A stretch of DNA of 64,000 bases, taken from Podarcis cretensis (Eukaryota). The DNA is taken from contig OX638155.1 in assembly GCA_951804945.1 (NCBI GenBank), positions 5,580,001 through 5,644,000 on the forward strand, written 5' to 3'. Positions 1 to 13,432 of this stretch are shown here, piece after piece; the stretch's first letter is position 1, and the number at the start of each line of letters is the position of its first letter. The notes under the pieces are model-generated. The model was not told where the DNA came from. It saw nothing but the letters and a program-made list of their open reading frames with translations, and did not search any database. Position numbers and translations under genes: made by a program.

Positions 1-1024
1 CTACCTGCTCAAATTCTCAATCCTCAACTTAGAATTGAAACAATCAACACCCTTCTGTGATGTTGGGCTGTGCTCTTAAAGATTTTGGATAGAGGAATCT
101 AATATTTGAAGATTCCACACATTAACCAAATAACTTCCTACCCAAACAAAATGATCAGGTGAGGAAAGAGGCAAAAACTAACTTAGCACTGACAAGCTAG
201 GATGGTTCAGATCCAGTTATCTCTGTGTGGATACTTTGTTTCTGGATGAGGGTGGATGCATATTCCAAACATTCTGCAAAGCTTTTTTGCTATAACTTAT
301 TTCAGAGATAGGGTGGGGGTAATTTTCTCCATATTTTTTAATCATTTTGGTCACTCATTTCAAATCATTTGCTATAACTCTACACTTTTATGATTCTTTA
401 AAAAAGAAAAGAAAAAAAGAATTAGTTTTCAAACCAGTTTAGAAAGAAAGAGATTATAAAGATTTGAGAGAAGCAGAGAATTTGAGAATACCTGATGTAG
501 TTTTAGGTGACAAAATCAGAATTGGATAATACAATTCATGTAATACTTAGCATCACAACACAGTATAAGATAAAATGTTTTTTTCCCCCTAAGCACTTGA
601 CAGAATCACATTCCTACAGACATGCTTGATGCCACATGAAGCTCCTAGAAATGCAGTGCTTATAGAAAGAAAGTTCTTGTGGTGTAGCTGTTTGACTGTT
701 GAACTAGGGGCCCCTTGAGAAGTCGTCTTGATTTGCTTGCACAAAGCTTACTGGGAGGTTAGACTATATCTTTCTTGCATGCTTGTTCTGATTTGTTTGC
801 AGGGAGGTTCTGTGACAATGAGCATGGATCCTGATTTGTTTCTGCAGCATTTATACATCTTCCCATGAGTCATTCATTCACCTCACTCTTTCTAGTGCAT
901 TTCCCTAGCACTTGCCTAACCACAAAAAGTCCCATTTTTTACAAACAGATTTGTTGTGCAATGGCAGCAGAGCACTTCAGTACAGTTTAATTGTTTGCTT
1001 GAATCCCTCCAACAAAATTCTAAA

Positions 1025-1200
1025 AGTTTGGAGATGAAAGGATTGGGGAGAGACAGGTTAAAATCCTCACTCAGCCATGAAGCTCACTGGGTGAACTTGA
1101 GCCTATCACTGACCTATCAACCTAACCAACATCATTTCTATTGTGAAGAGAAAAGAGGGGTGGGGGCCATGTGAGCTCATTGGAGGAAAGGCAAAATATA
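1025..1200 (+). mobile_element. Old tRNA-derived SINE (squamate MIR/L2-partner type), degraded
   Basis: B-box-like ggttaaaatcc, then ctcagccatgaagctcactgggtga...aacctaacc and a ggaggaaagg tail. Similar to the copy at 6300-6490. Confidence 0.5.
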
Positions 1201-1349
1201 ACTATAATACAAAAAAATATTAGGAGTCCTTTAAAATCCATTTTTGTATTTATTTGTAGTGCTCTGCCCTGTTTGAGACTGCATGTAAACATTTCAATCA
1301 GAAAAACACTATTGTTTAAAATAGGATTCAGCAATTCTTAGGCTTCAGG

Positions 1350-1351
<2 letters not shown>

Positions 1352-1414
<63 letters not shown>
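1352..1414. repeat. Compound microsatellite (TC)n(GT)n
   Basis: Read directly from the sequence. Confidence 0.97.
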
Positions 1415-1416
<2 letters not shown>

Positions 1417-2373
1417 CTACACATACACACACTCCTATGCTTGAACGCAGTGGATCTTCTGAGAGATAAACTACTTGTTACATAGGAGCTCTGCATTTGG
1501 TGATCCTGTTATAATTTTCTTCTTTGTAGAAGGAGTCGTGAAGGTTTTCTAATTTTGATCAGGGCCACAACATGAGAATGGGCAGGTCTAATGTTTTTCT
1601 CTGTGCCATAACCTCAGTGCAGATCACCCAAAGCAACGTGTTGGGGGGAAATGAGGCCCAATTAGGTACCCCCTGCATCACGGCACTGATCCAAGTCACC
1701 GGGTCCACACATGCTATTTTAATGTACCATGTATTTGGCCTTGAGTAAATGTGCATATGAATGTGTATGTTATGGGCACAACCCTTCCTGTTACCTTATC
1801 CTTATATTTCTTGAGATAAAGTTGCTCTGAGCAAATTTGGGGGCATGGGTGGGATAAACATTTTAAAAATAAATATTTTGGAAACATATTTTATCATTAT
1901 TTTATTCCCATAATTTAAGAGTTATCTATTTTTATAAGAGAGTTGGTTTAACTTCTAGATAGCACAGAAAAGATTTATGATCACATGCGTGCATGCATAT
2001 ATACATGTGAGTTTCTAGCTGGATTCCACATTATTTAAAATCTGAACAGAAAAAAATGCTTATTAAAGTACCAGAAAATATCAGGGGAATATATTTCATG
2101 ATATTTCAGACAAGATCGTCACAGTGTCTACCAACTTCCAAGAGACTGTGTGGAGAGTAACAGCCTACAATAGCAGTATAATGATTATAAGCAGAGAACA
2201 ATCAGTTTCCATGATCAGAAATGAGATTCAATCATGAACCTGGATTGCTACAAAATGTCACACAAATGGAGTGGGGGTTTTTATCTGGTCATCTACTGTA
2301 CTTGCAGCTGATGTATCAGGATGAGAAATATACCGTACTAAGGAAAATGGCATTTCAAAAAGCACCAAGAAGA

Positions 2374-2416
2374 TGAAGTTATTGTTTTAGGACTCTGGGT
2401 GTCGCTGTTTACCAAC
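2374..2416 (+). promoter_or_regulatory. Pcdh conserved sequence element (CSE; CTCF site) of V1, CGCT box
   Basis: gactctgggtgtCGCTgtttaccaa about 280 bp upstream of the ATG. Matches the clustered-Pcdh CSE and recurs upstream of every exon. Confidence 0.85.
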
Positions 2417-2686
2417 CAAGGCTGAACAATTTAGTAAGAGATTCAACTTTCCCCTCCAATCGCTTCATTACAGAAAATGCAGAAAGAGAGATCACACGTA
2501 CGGAATCTGAACAACTGGAGGATCTTATATTAAATCAAATCTGTATTTTAAAATACAGGCAATAGAGATATCTGTGTTGTCTGTGTGTATATATTAAGAA
2601 TTTCAGTCACATACAGACAAATCTAAAATATAGCCACTCTGTCAAAGAAGTAGGATCTTCACCTTGGCACAGAAGTACAACTGGCA

Positions 2687-5101
2687 ATGGAAACCTTTTT
2701 CCAGGATTGCAGAAGGAGAGCTGTCTTTTGTTTCATTCTGGTTCATGTTTGGCAAGCTGTTACAGGGCAGATTCATTATTCCATCCCTGAAGAAGCAGAA
2801 AAAGGTTCTTTCGTGGGGCCCATCGCAAAAGACCTGAAGCTGGAATTAAAAGAGCTCTCACGCCGTGGAGTCCGCATTGTTTCTCGAGGTAGGATACAGT
2901 ATTTTGCTTTGAATTATAAGAGTGGTCATTTGTACGTCACAGAGAGAATAGACAGAGAGGTGCTCTGTGGACAAGTGGAAAAGTGTGTCTTGCACTTTGA
3001 TACCATAGTGGGGGATTCAATGAAAGTATATGGTGCTGAAGTTGAAATCACAGATATTAATGACAACGCTCCCACCTTCCATTCAGAGAAACTGGAGCTC
3101 AAAATGAGTGAACTCACAGCACCCGGAACTCACTTTCCCCTCGATGAAGCTCAGGATCTAGATTTGGGCACCAATACCCTTCAAGGATACAAACTCAGCA
3201 ACAGTAGCCATTTCTCCCTAAATGTGCAAGAGGCAGTTGACGGTAGACAATACACTGAACTGGTACTGGAAAGACCTTTGGACCGTGAAGAGGAAGCTAT
3301 TCATAATCTGGTCCTCACAGCATATGATGGGGGAGATCCAGTCAGGACAGGAACTGTACAGATTCAAGTGACAGTTTTAGATGCTAATGACAATGCACCA
3401 GTTTTTAGCCATCATAGTTATGAAGTAAGCGTTAGGGAAGATATTCCTGTTGGTACCACAGTGGTTATATTAAAAGCCATTGACCTGGATGAAGGTGTCA
3501 ACAAGGAACTGAAATATTCATTCAGAAAGATCACAGAAAGGGCTTCACAAATATTTCATTTGAATTCACAAACTGGGGAAATTACGCTTGCAAGAAGCTT
3601 AGACTACGAGGAGTCTACACTTCATGAAATTGAGGTCCAGGTTCATGATGGTGGTGAACTCTTTGACAAATCTAAACTTTTGATATTTGTTACTGATGTA
3701 AATGACAATGCACCCAAACTGGAAATAACTTCACTTATCAGCTCCATCCCTGAGAACTCTCCACCAGCAACTGCAATAGCCCTTTTGAAATTGCAAGATG
3801 AGGATTCGGCAGAAAATGCAGAAGTCACATGCTCTATCCCCAGCAATCTCCCCTTTCTACTGACAAAAGCCTATGGCAACTACTACAGTTTGGTGACAGC
3901 AAGAGGCCTGGACAGAGAGCAGGTGGCAGCCTACAACATCACTGTCACAGTCACGGATCACGGGACCCCTCCACTTTCCACATCAATTGTTATTCCACTT
4001 GAGATTTTAGACACAAACGACAACCCTCCACACTTCCTGCAATCCATTTATACTTCATATTTAATGGAGAACAACCCAAGAGGGGCCTCCATATTTTCCC
4101 TGAAGGCCGATGATCCTGACTGTGGAGAGAACTCCAGAGTCACTTATTCCATCATTGAGCATAACATCAGTGTCTCCCCAGTATCTTCCTTCCTCTCCAT
4201 TAACTCTGAGACTGGGGTTGTCTATGGCCTGATCTCTTTTGATTATGAGGAGATGAGGGAGATTAAGTTCCTGGTCAAGGCCCAGGACGGAGGTTCTCCA
4301 CCACTCAGCTCCAATGTCTCAGTCACTCTCTTCATCCTGGACCAGAATGACAATGCTCCCCAAATCCTTTACCCCTCCCCTCCCACCGATGGCTCCACAG
4401 GGATAGAGCTGGCCCCTCGCTCCTCTGAGCCAGGCTACCTGGTCACTAAGGTGGTGGCCGTGGATGCGGACTCTGGCCAGAATGCCTGGCTCTCTTACCA
4501 GCTGATCAAGGCCACCGAGCCAGGGCTCTTCACTCTGGGGCTCCACACGGGAGAGATCAGGACGGCCCGCTTCTTTCTGGAGAAAGATGGCCTCAAGCAA
4601 AGCCTGGTGGTTTTAGTGAAGGACAATGGGCAGCCATCTCTCTCTGCTTCAGCCACTCTGACTGTGGTGCTGGCTGACACCATCCCTGCAGTCCTCTCAG
4701 ACCTGAGCAGCATCTCAGCTCCTGTAGAGCCTCCGTCTGACCTCACCTTCTACCTAGTCCTTGCAGTGGCTTTTGTCTCCTGCTTGTTCTTTACTTTCCT
4801 CCTCGTGTTACTGGCCATCAAGTTGCACAGGTGGAGAAATTCTCAACTGTTTGAGTCGGGGAGTGTGAATTTCAGTGGGGCTCCCGTCTCACAGTTTGTG
4901 GGGATTGATGGAGTCCGAGCATTTCTGCACTCCTACTGCCAGGAGGTTTCTCTCACCACAGACTCAAGGAAAAGTCAGTTTAATATTTCTAAGGCAAATT
5001 ATTCCAATACTCTGAGCAATAAAGATACATGTGAAATAAAGGATCCCTTCCTCATTGCTGAAGATATTAATAGCAGTAATGGAGATTCAGCCAATACACA
5101 G
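2687..5101 (+). CDS. PCDHGA: Protocadherin gamma-A-like variable exon V1 (805 codons; splices to constant exons outside the window; unspliced ORF runs to 5140)
   Basis: 817-aa ORF with signal peptide, YSIPEE start of EC1, six cadherin repeats (DxNDNxP, DRE/DYE, AxDGG), [19 protein letters not shown]. Gamma-A motifs [46 protein letters not shown]. Phase-0 donor CAG|GTGAGC at 5101/5102. Family-level symbol only; no numbered orthologue assigned. Confidence 0.95.
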
Positions 5102-6294
5102 GTGAGCTATCCCTTTCAGATCTGGGGTCTGAGGTTTTAAATATAATGCCTGCTATTAATTGTTATGTGCTTTTATGAAGAGGGGGTTGAAAGAACATTC
5201 TTCCACTCATATTATTTTATCTTTACCAGAATCGTATAGTTTTTGGTATTTGAAAATACCTACGCCACACATACAACAAGCACACCACTTTTCCCCATAA
5301 AAACTAGACTTCTCTTGGTCAAAAGAAATATTTGTCAGAGTCCCCCAGGAAAGAAAGAATCAGAGTGAATGTTTGCTTACTCTCTTTGACAAGAAAAACT
5401 ATTTCATAGTTGTTATATAAGTAGATTTGAGATCAAAACAGTATTATGCATTTATTTGCCTTGTTTGAAGTATAATGTATGCCTAGTTCTTAGATGACAC
5501 ACACTTCTAAGGGAGGACGATACCCAGGTTTTATCACTCACCATTCTTGTGGATGGGAAAATTTATTTCTAACCCCACATATGGTGACAGACCCATAATA
5601 TGATCAAAACTCATCAGCTGTATTTTCCCAATGGAAGCCTGAGACAGTTCAGGAGTTTGAGATGAATGGGAAGCTTTAGAACATGCTAAATTAAAACATT
5701 ACAGTCATTATACAACAACTGCATTAATTAAATCTTATTAAGAAGTATGCAAACCTTTGGAGTTAATTATGTGCTTTCACACCTTGAGTATAAAATCTAG
5801 GGCTAGTTCATGTGAACAACTACATCACTTGTTAACTGTGTGAACACAGTTTGATCACTTGGCAGCTGAACTGATATGTTGGATTTGTTTCAGAACATTC
5901 AACCATTTTATTTGTGGTGTGACATCTGTGTTCACACTAGATGCTGCAGTCATCAAATGATAAATATGCACATGTGGACCAGGACCTACTGTCATCTGTT
6001 TGTAAACCAATTTCATTGCAGTCTTTGATTCTCCATAATATTAAATATTTAGTTATAGGAATTTGGCTTTATGTGACAGAGTATATTATCTTTAACCAGC
6101 AGTCTATGCATAGTGATTTCAGCTTATGTTTTTACCAGTTTAGGAGAAAGCAAAGAATGAGAAATATCTAGAAAAAGTATCTCAAGTATGATCAGAATAT
6201 GTTTCACATAAGTAGACATATTAATAATAAGTGTATTGTGGCAATGCTTAAGTATGGCAGCTTTGAGAGGTTCTATATTTGAAACCTGAGGTGC

Positions 6295-6490
6295 AATGGA
6301 CAGAATGTTGAACCATGGAATCTTGAGTTCAAATAATTACTCATCCAAAAAGAAGCTCACTGGGCAGAGTTGGTCACATCTCTCTCAGCCTGGCCTTTCT
6401 CCAGGGTTGTTGAGAAGATAAAATAGAATGATCCCACACTCACATACCTCTAAGCTGCCCTGAACCTCTTGGAGGAAAAGTGGGATAAAC
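6295..6490 (+). mobile_element. Old SINE of the same family as 1025-1200
   Basis: gagttcaaat B-box, gaagctcactggg...ctctcagcct...cagggttgttg...ttggaggaaaagtgggataaa. A Sauria SINE is inserted at its tail. Confidence 0.5.
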
Positions 6491-6840
6491 AGGTGAGGCG
6501 CTGTGGGTAAAACCTCAGCGCCTAGGACTTGCCGATCACATGGTCGGCGGTTCGAATCCCCGCGGCGGGGTGCGCTCCCGTCGTTCGGTCCCAGCGCCTG
6601 CCAACCTAGCAGTTCCAAAGCACCTCCGGGTGCAAGTCGATAAATAGGGACTGCTTACCAGCGGGAAGGTAAACGGCGTTCCGTGTGCTGCGCTGGCTCG
6701 CCAGATGCAGCTTGTCACGCTGGCCACATGACCTGGAAGTGTCTGCGGACAGCGCTGGCTCCCAGCCTATAGAGTGAGATGAGCGCACAACCCTAGAGTC
6801 TGGCGAGACTGGCCCGTACGGGCAGGGGTACCTTTACCTT
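6491..6840 (+). mobile_element. Sauria SINE, near full length
   Basis: tRNA-like head (ggcgctgtgggtaaaacc; ggttcgaatccc), ctgccaacctagcagtt core, ctggccacatgacc, 3' acctttacctt tail. CpG-rich, so probably young. Confidence 0.9.
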
Positions 6841-8000
6841 AATAATAATCTCTACTCTCCCACATTTGGAATTCTATAGCTGAGTAGTGGAATTCTATAG
6901 TTTGTTGTACTCAGAAGGTCCCAGATTCAATTCTTACCCTCTCCAGTTAAAGGATCTCCAGGAACATAGTTGGGAAGGATCTCTCCATGAGACCGAGAAG
7001 AGTCACTTGATGGAAAATGTGGTCTTCTCTGGTGTCTCATCTTAGAACTGTACAGCAGCATAGTTTTAGGATGTCTGGACTGCTCATGATCCTCCATAAT
7101 GCTAAGGTGGCAAAGCCAGGGGAACATGCAGCCTGTATGTATGATATGCAGACAATGTCATTGACACAAGTATTTGGTAAAGTCACAAAGTAAGAGAAGT
7201 ACATACATGGGTGGTTGGGTTTATTGGCTGCTTGTCCCACTAGCATTAGAACCTGCCTTGCCCTCAATGCCCATCTGAGACAGTCCCGTGCAGAAGGATA
7301 CTATGCCAGCGCCAAAAGCAGCCCCCCCATTTGCTCCTTTTTAAAAATCTGTAACAGCTAATGAATCTTGTTGCAATTTTCCTCACTTCATTGGTTGCCA
7401 CATGCATGGGTGGTGAAGCTTTGAAAGCAATGGCATCATGTTACACCTTTTGTTTTACTTTGAGTTCTTTTGGTGAGAGGGGGAGACACAGAACTGCTAC
7501 TTTTGATGCCAGCCACACATCCTTTGAAAGAATATCTAGTTCCAGCCTTAACACTATTCATTTTCCCCAAAAAGGTTACACAGAGAGATCTCTGGTCAGG
7601 CAGAAGTGTCCAATAAGGTATGAGTTTCTGATTGAGAAAATGTAAATACTTCTGCAAACGGAATTGTAAAAATACTGCATCTCTGGAAATTTCTGATATG
7701 ACAATTTCAGGAGCTAGAATTTGTGCCATTTTTGTTGGCAATAATGAAGGTATTGCCTGACCATGGAGTTTGAAAGTTCTCTTCATAGTCACAGTAGCAG
7801 TTCCAAAACATTAAAAGTCACTGGCCAGCATGAAAGAATCTAAAAACTGATCCTAAAAGCAGTGAAGTATTAATTTCAATAGAACCAAAGGAGGGCATTC
7901 TCAAATATCTGACTCTTTCAGTTGTCCTTTTTACTGGAACACAAAGATATGATCATACTGATAGTATTTCTGCTTTTTATTTTCATAACAAAACAACATT

Positions 8001-8042
8001 TGCAATTCTCTCTCTGAGCCTCAGAGTGTCACTGTTGGCCAG
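8001..8042 (+). promoter_or_regulatory. CSE/CTCF site of V2 (CACT variant)
   Basis: tgcaattc...cctcagagtgtCACTgttggccag: CTCF upstream-motif-like element plus core. Confidence 0.8.
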
Positions 8043-8306
8043 TGTGGTGCCAGAAAAAAGGATGGAGCTCTAGTTATGCTTCTCCTACAAAGTGAGTGTC
8101 TCATCAGTTCTGTACAGACTGGGCAAAGAGAAAAACACAAAGGTGTTGCAGTCTGGCTGAAAAAAAGGAAAAGGCTCCCAGTCCTCGCAATCTAAGAAGG
8201 AAGACAGTTTATATTTACTTACAGAGATTTCCTCTGTGCTATTGGGAAACTGATCTGGTCACTACAAGCTGCAGAAAAGGAGGCAGAAAATTTCTCAGTA
8301 ATCTGG

Positions 8307-10727
8307 ATGGACAAAAGGCAGGAAGAGGATGGCAGAACACTCAGAAGGCAAGTACTGCTTCTCTTATTTTTGCCTTTCTCCTGCTGGGCTGCCTCAGAGC
8401 AGATTCGCTATTCTATCCCTGAGGAGATGGCAAAGGGTTCGATTGTGGGGAATCTCGCCAAGGATTTGGGACTGAATGCCAGAGATCTAGGAAGGCGCAA
8501 TCTGCATGCTGCCTCTGTGAACAAAATGCAATATTTCAGTATAAGTGCAGACAATGGAAACCTTTATGTGAATGACAGAATTGATAGGGAGGAAATATGT
8601 GGCACAACTCCACTCTGCCTTATTAATTTTGAAGTGGTGATGGAAAATCCTTTAAATGTTTTCCATATAACAATAGTTATACAGGATATTAATGATAATG
8701 CACCACAGTTCCTCAGTGATATAACCAACTTGGAGATCGTAGAATCAACTGTTCTAGGAACCAGATTTCTCCTTGGGAAAGCAGAAGATCCTGATATTGG
8801 GTTGAACTCTCTCCAGAATTACCAGCTGAGCTCCAACCACTACTTCACCTTGGAAGTAAGGGAGAGAAAAGATGGAAATAAATATGCAGAATTAGTGCTA
8901 AGTAAAGTTATGGATCGAGAAAGTGAACAAACAATTCACTTGATCCTTACAGCCTTGGATGGGGGTGAACCAAGAAAAACTGGGACTGTCCAGATACGGA
9001 TTAATGTCACGGATGCCAATGACAACCCACCTGTTTTCACTCAGGAGGTGTACAAAGTCAATTTACCTGAAAATGTTCCTGTTGGGTCACTTGTGCTCCA
9101 GGTTGTAGCCTCAGATAAAGACGAAAGCACTTATGCTCAGATCAGGTATCAATTCAGCAACATAGCAGCAAACACCCACAAGAAATTCAGTTTGGATCCA
9201 ATTAATGGCATAGTCACTCTTACGGGACTGCTCAACTTTGAGGAAACTAAAGAATATACCATGACAGTAGAAGCCAAAGATGGTGGTGGATTGGTGGCAC
9301 AATCCAACATTGAAATAACTGTGCTTGATGAGAATGATAATGCCCCAGAGGTGACTTTAGCCTCCATGTTCAGTCCTGTTCCTGAAGATTCTCTGCCAGG
9401 AACTGTTATTGCTCTGATCAATGTAAATGACAGAGATAGTGGAGATAATGGAAAGGTCACTTGCTATTTACAGGATGATTTACCCTTCAAAATTCTTCCC
9501 TCATCTAACAATTACTTCAAGCTCCAGACAGACAGTCTCCTGGACAGAGAAAGAGCTCCTGCATATAATATTACAATCACAGCCACTGACAGAGGAACTC
9601 CACCTCTTTCCACACACAAAACAATCTCACTACAGATCTCAGATATCAATGATAATGCCCCTACCTTTCAGAAGCCATCCTACAACATCTATGTGCCAGA
9701 AAACAATCCTTCAGGTGCCTCCATTTTCACCATCAAAGCCTCTGATTCTGACATGGATCAGAACTCACGGATCACATACTCCATCCTCAACAGCAACATC
9801 GAGGAGCTTCCCATCTCCTCCTATATCTCCATTAATTCAGAGACCGGCACCATCTATGCCCAGAGATCCTTTGACTATGAACAATTCCGAGAGTTCCATC
9901 TTCAAGTGAAGGCCCAAGATGGGGGTTCTCCCCCTCTCAGCAGCAATGTGAGCGTCAGGGTGTTTGTTCTTGACAGGAATGATAACAGCCCTCGTATCCT
10001 GTCCCCCTCACAAGAAGCCAAGGGCTCAGCCTTGTTTGAGATGGTGCCTCGTTCGGCCGAGGCAGATTACCTTGTCACCAAGGTGGTGGCCGTGGATGCA
10101 GATTCCGGACACAACGCCTGGCTCTCCTACCACCTGACTCAGGCCACTGAGCCAGCACTCTTCACGGTTGGTTCTCATACTGGAGAGATCAGGACCGCCA
10201 GGGCCTTTGTGGAGAGAGACGCTGTGAAACAGAGACTGGTCATTATGGTGAAGGATAATGGGCAGCCGTCTCTCTCGGCCACCATGACTCTGAACCTGGT
10301 GTTTGCTGAGAACTTTCAGGAGGCCCTTCCGGAAATGAAGAGGCAACCCAGCAGCTCAGAGTATCAGTCTGACCTGCAGTTCTACTTGGTGCTGGCCTTA
10401 GCTGTGATCTCCTTCTTGTTCCTCTTGACTGTCATTCTGGCCGTTACAATGAAGCTCCGTCAATCAGGGCATCCCAGGTTCCTACAGTGCTTTGGTCCTG
10501 TTCCCCATTCCAAGAATGGTGCCATCTTCCCACCCAACTTTGAAGATGGGACTTTGCCCTATTCCTACCAGCTGTGTCTGTCTTCTGAGACCAAGAAGAA
10601 TGAGTTTGCCTTCCTGACACCCAATGTTCAAATGGCAGACAATATTCTTAGCGGTGAGAAACCTGCTGTGCCTTTTACAGGCAATGTAGGAAACAATTTT
10701 GCTTCTGCAGTAGATAATGGAGAAGAG
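8307..10727 (+). CDS. PCDHGB: Protocadherin gamma-B-like variable exon V2 (type B1; ORF to 10745)
   Basis: 812-aa ORF, six cadherin repeats and TM. Gamma-B motifs [39 protein letters not shown]. Phase-0 donor GAG|GTAAGG at 10727/10728. Confidence 0.95.
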
Positions 10728-13151
10728 GTAAGGTTTGTTTTCTGAAATTAAATGCCATTATCCATCATTCTTTGCCATTAGTGACATTGTCACAGTGCTT
10801 TTTATCTAGCTAATGTGACTGCCTTTTTGTTTTTCATCATATAAATGAATAGTTTGGCTCTTACATCATTTGGCTTTCATGAATCAGGATGCGTCCTTTT
10901 CACTCCATGGGGAAGCTACACATCCATACGGAAGCTTCGAGCCATGACCTTGAAACCATCTGGTAGAACTTATCTTGTTGTCCTTTGAACAACTAGTATT
11001 TTGAGGAGTTGACCTTCAACTACTTTCATTAACTTAAATAAAGTGAGGGAAAGAACTTTAATTTTCACATTACTTGGCTTTGGGGGGGCAGCAATTTTGG
11101 CTGTAGAATCAAAGGAGGGCACCTTGCTATATAGCAGAAAATACTATCACTGTTATTAGTATTACTAGCAAAAAAAATTAAGCAATAGATTTTAAAGACA
11201 TACACTTTTGAGAGGTTTCTGTAAATTATGCTTTATTTCCTTCTCAAATTAATAGGCATGTGTGTTCCTGCATGAGTGATGTAAAAAAAAGTCAAGTCAA
11301 GACTGATTGACTGACTGACTGGCCTTCTAGAGTAGATTGTGGATATTTCCAGCCCCCATATTCCTTTAAGTGAAACCACATTGCATTAAAGCTCTTTCTA
11401 AACAACTGTCTGAAAGGCGGACAGGCAGACAGATAATGTGGGATATTTTGTTAAAGACATGAATTGTGCATTTATTTATTTTTTAAATTTATTTAAAACA
11501 AAAATAAAACAATTACATACAGTCAGAGAGTTATCTTCGAATACTCCACAGAGCTTTGCTAAAGTGTATATTCTAAAATCATTTCAATCTTAACCAAAAC
11601 AAAATGGTACGTAATAACCTCCATCTCTTTGACTGTTGTCAACAACTATAAACATATATTGTATCAGCAGCCATGCTGGTCTGCAGGGATTATACAAAGG
11701 AGGAAAAATAAAATAAAATATGTGCTTCATACACACCAAACTGTGCTGTAGGCCAAGGCACCGTTCTGCCACATGCCTCATTGTTTGTATAATCTATAAG
11801 GTCATCCAAGACTGCATAAAAGTTATCATATTTCCCCTGGCCTCTTGCTATCTTCAATTTCCATGTCAGTTTTTTCAATAATGCTACCTGCCAGATTACA
11901 CTGCCTGCATCATGTATTTCTGCCTCATGATTTAGACAATAATAATGATAGTTACATGATATTTATATGTTTCAAAGGGCATTGCATATAATGGGTCAGA
12001 TTCAGAATTAGTTATCCTTAGACCAAGTTAGTCAAGCAAGACTAATTTAAGTCAATTTTATTTAAGTCGGGCTACTTTAAGTATGATGAAGTCTGGATTT
12101 GACACATTATCTTATAATTCTTATATAAGTGAGTTCCTGTCAGAGGCAAAATTCATACCATGGAATTCCTGGTTCACAGTTTTGTTCTTTACATGAGACC
12201 AGCTCAATATACATGAAGCATGTTGAATTCTTGAACTGCTCTACCAACATGTTAGCTATGCTGCTTACATGACATGAATGCATGAATAGATGGACAATTG
12301 TATTTCTGATCATAGCATTGTGGGATATCTCAGCAGGTACTTGAGTTACTTAAGCCTGCAATGAACCACCCCCTCCAACTCCCTTCTGGGCTCATGGCCA
12401 GTAGGGCAGATGTGAGGATGGAGGAGTGTTCTTGCCAGGGTTGGTGCTAGCTGTTGGAAGGAATTAGGGGACAGGACCATGACTGACAATTGCAGTGTGC
12501 TCAGCTACCATGTAAACAAAGAAAAATAAGTTTAAAAATGGAAGGGAAAGCTCAGAACATTTGAGATCCAGCATTTAACACCCAGGGCTTATTTATGCAA
12601 GTTTTGTTCCTTGATTAAATGAAGTTGCATTGACAGCTGGAGATGATATGTAGCTTCCTAAAATACTGAAAGGACCGTAGTGATTTCTGAGTAGCTTTCT
12701 GGTTGTCCTGTCCCACCCCCACTCCCCGCCGGCAAAATAGGGGTCTCCATATTGTTTCAGTGAAATTATATAAAGATAAACACAATTTTCAGACACGTCC
12801 TTAGGCTTTCCACACACAGTCTAAGATGCCTGGAAATACCTAATACAATATTTTTCTAATTTGTTTAAAAGTATTTTATTATAAACAACAATATCATTCT
12901 CATACTGCTGTCTGCTATTCTGATTTTTTCTAAAGAAATAGTGGAAATAGTGCTATAAATTCATTACTGCTTTTTCTTTGCTGTAAATATTCATTTGAAG
13001 CTGATTTCTTTTAACCTATTGTAATGGTGAACAGATAACACTTTCCAACAGGCATATTCAAATAACCTGTATGAGAATATGGTCTGAGCCATTACTTAAA
13101 AATGACTATGTAATGTCATGAATTAGGGAAGAAAAATCACTGGGAAAAGAT

Positions 13152-13193
13152 TGCAGTTCTCGGTTTCAGACTCACAGTGTCACTGTTGGACAA
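13152..13193 (+). promoter_or_regulatory. CSE/CTCF site of V3 (CACT variant)
   Basis: tgcagttc...gactcacagtgtCACTgttggacaa. Confidence 0.8.
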
Positions 13194-13432
13194 GGCGGCA
13201 ATCCAAGGGCAGCTGAAGTTCCACTGATGCTTTCTGCAGAGAGATCTCTTTGTCCTGAACTGCACATCGGGAATACCAGCAGACGCTGCAACAAACGTTT
13301 CAGCTGGAAAACAGAAAACACTGCAGCATATACAAATTAAGCCAAAGGATCCAGTTCTTTTTTTACTGGGCAAAAAAATCTCCTGTTTTCGTGGAAATCT
13401 GAAATCCTGTGCTCATCAAAGAGAAGGGGAAA

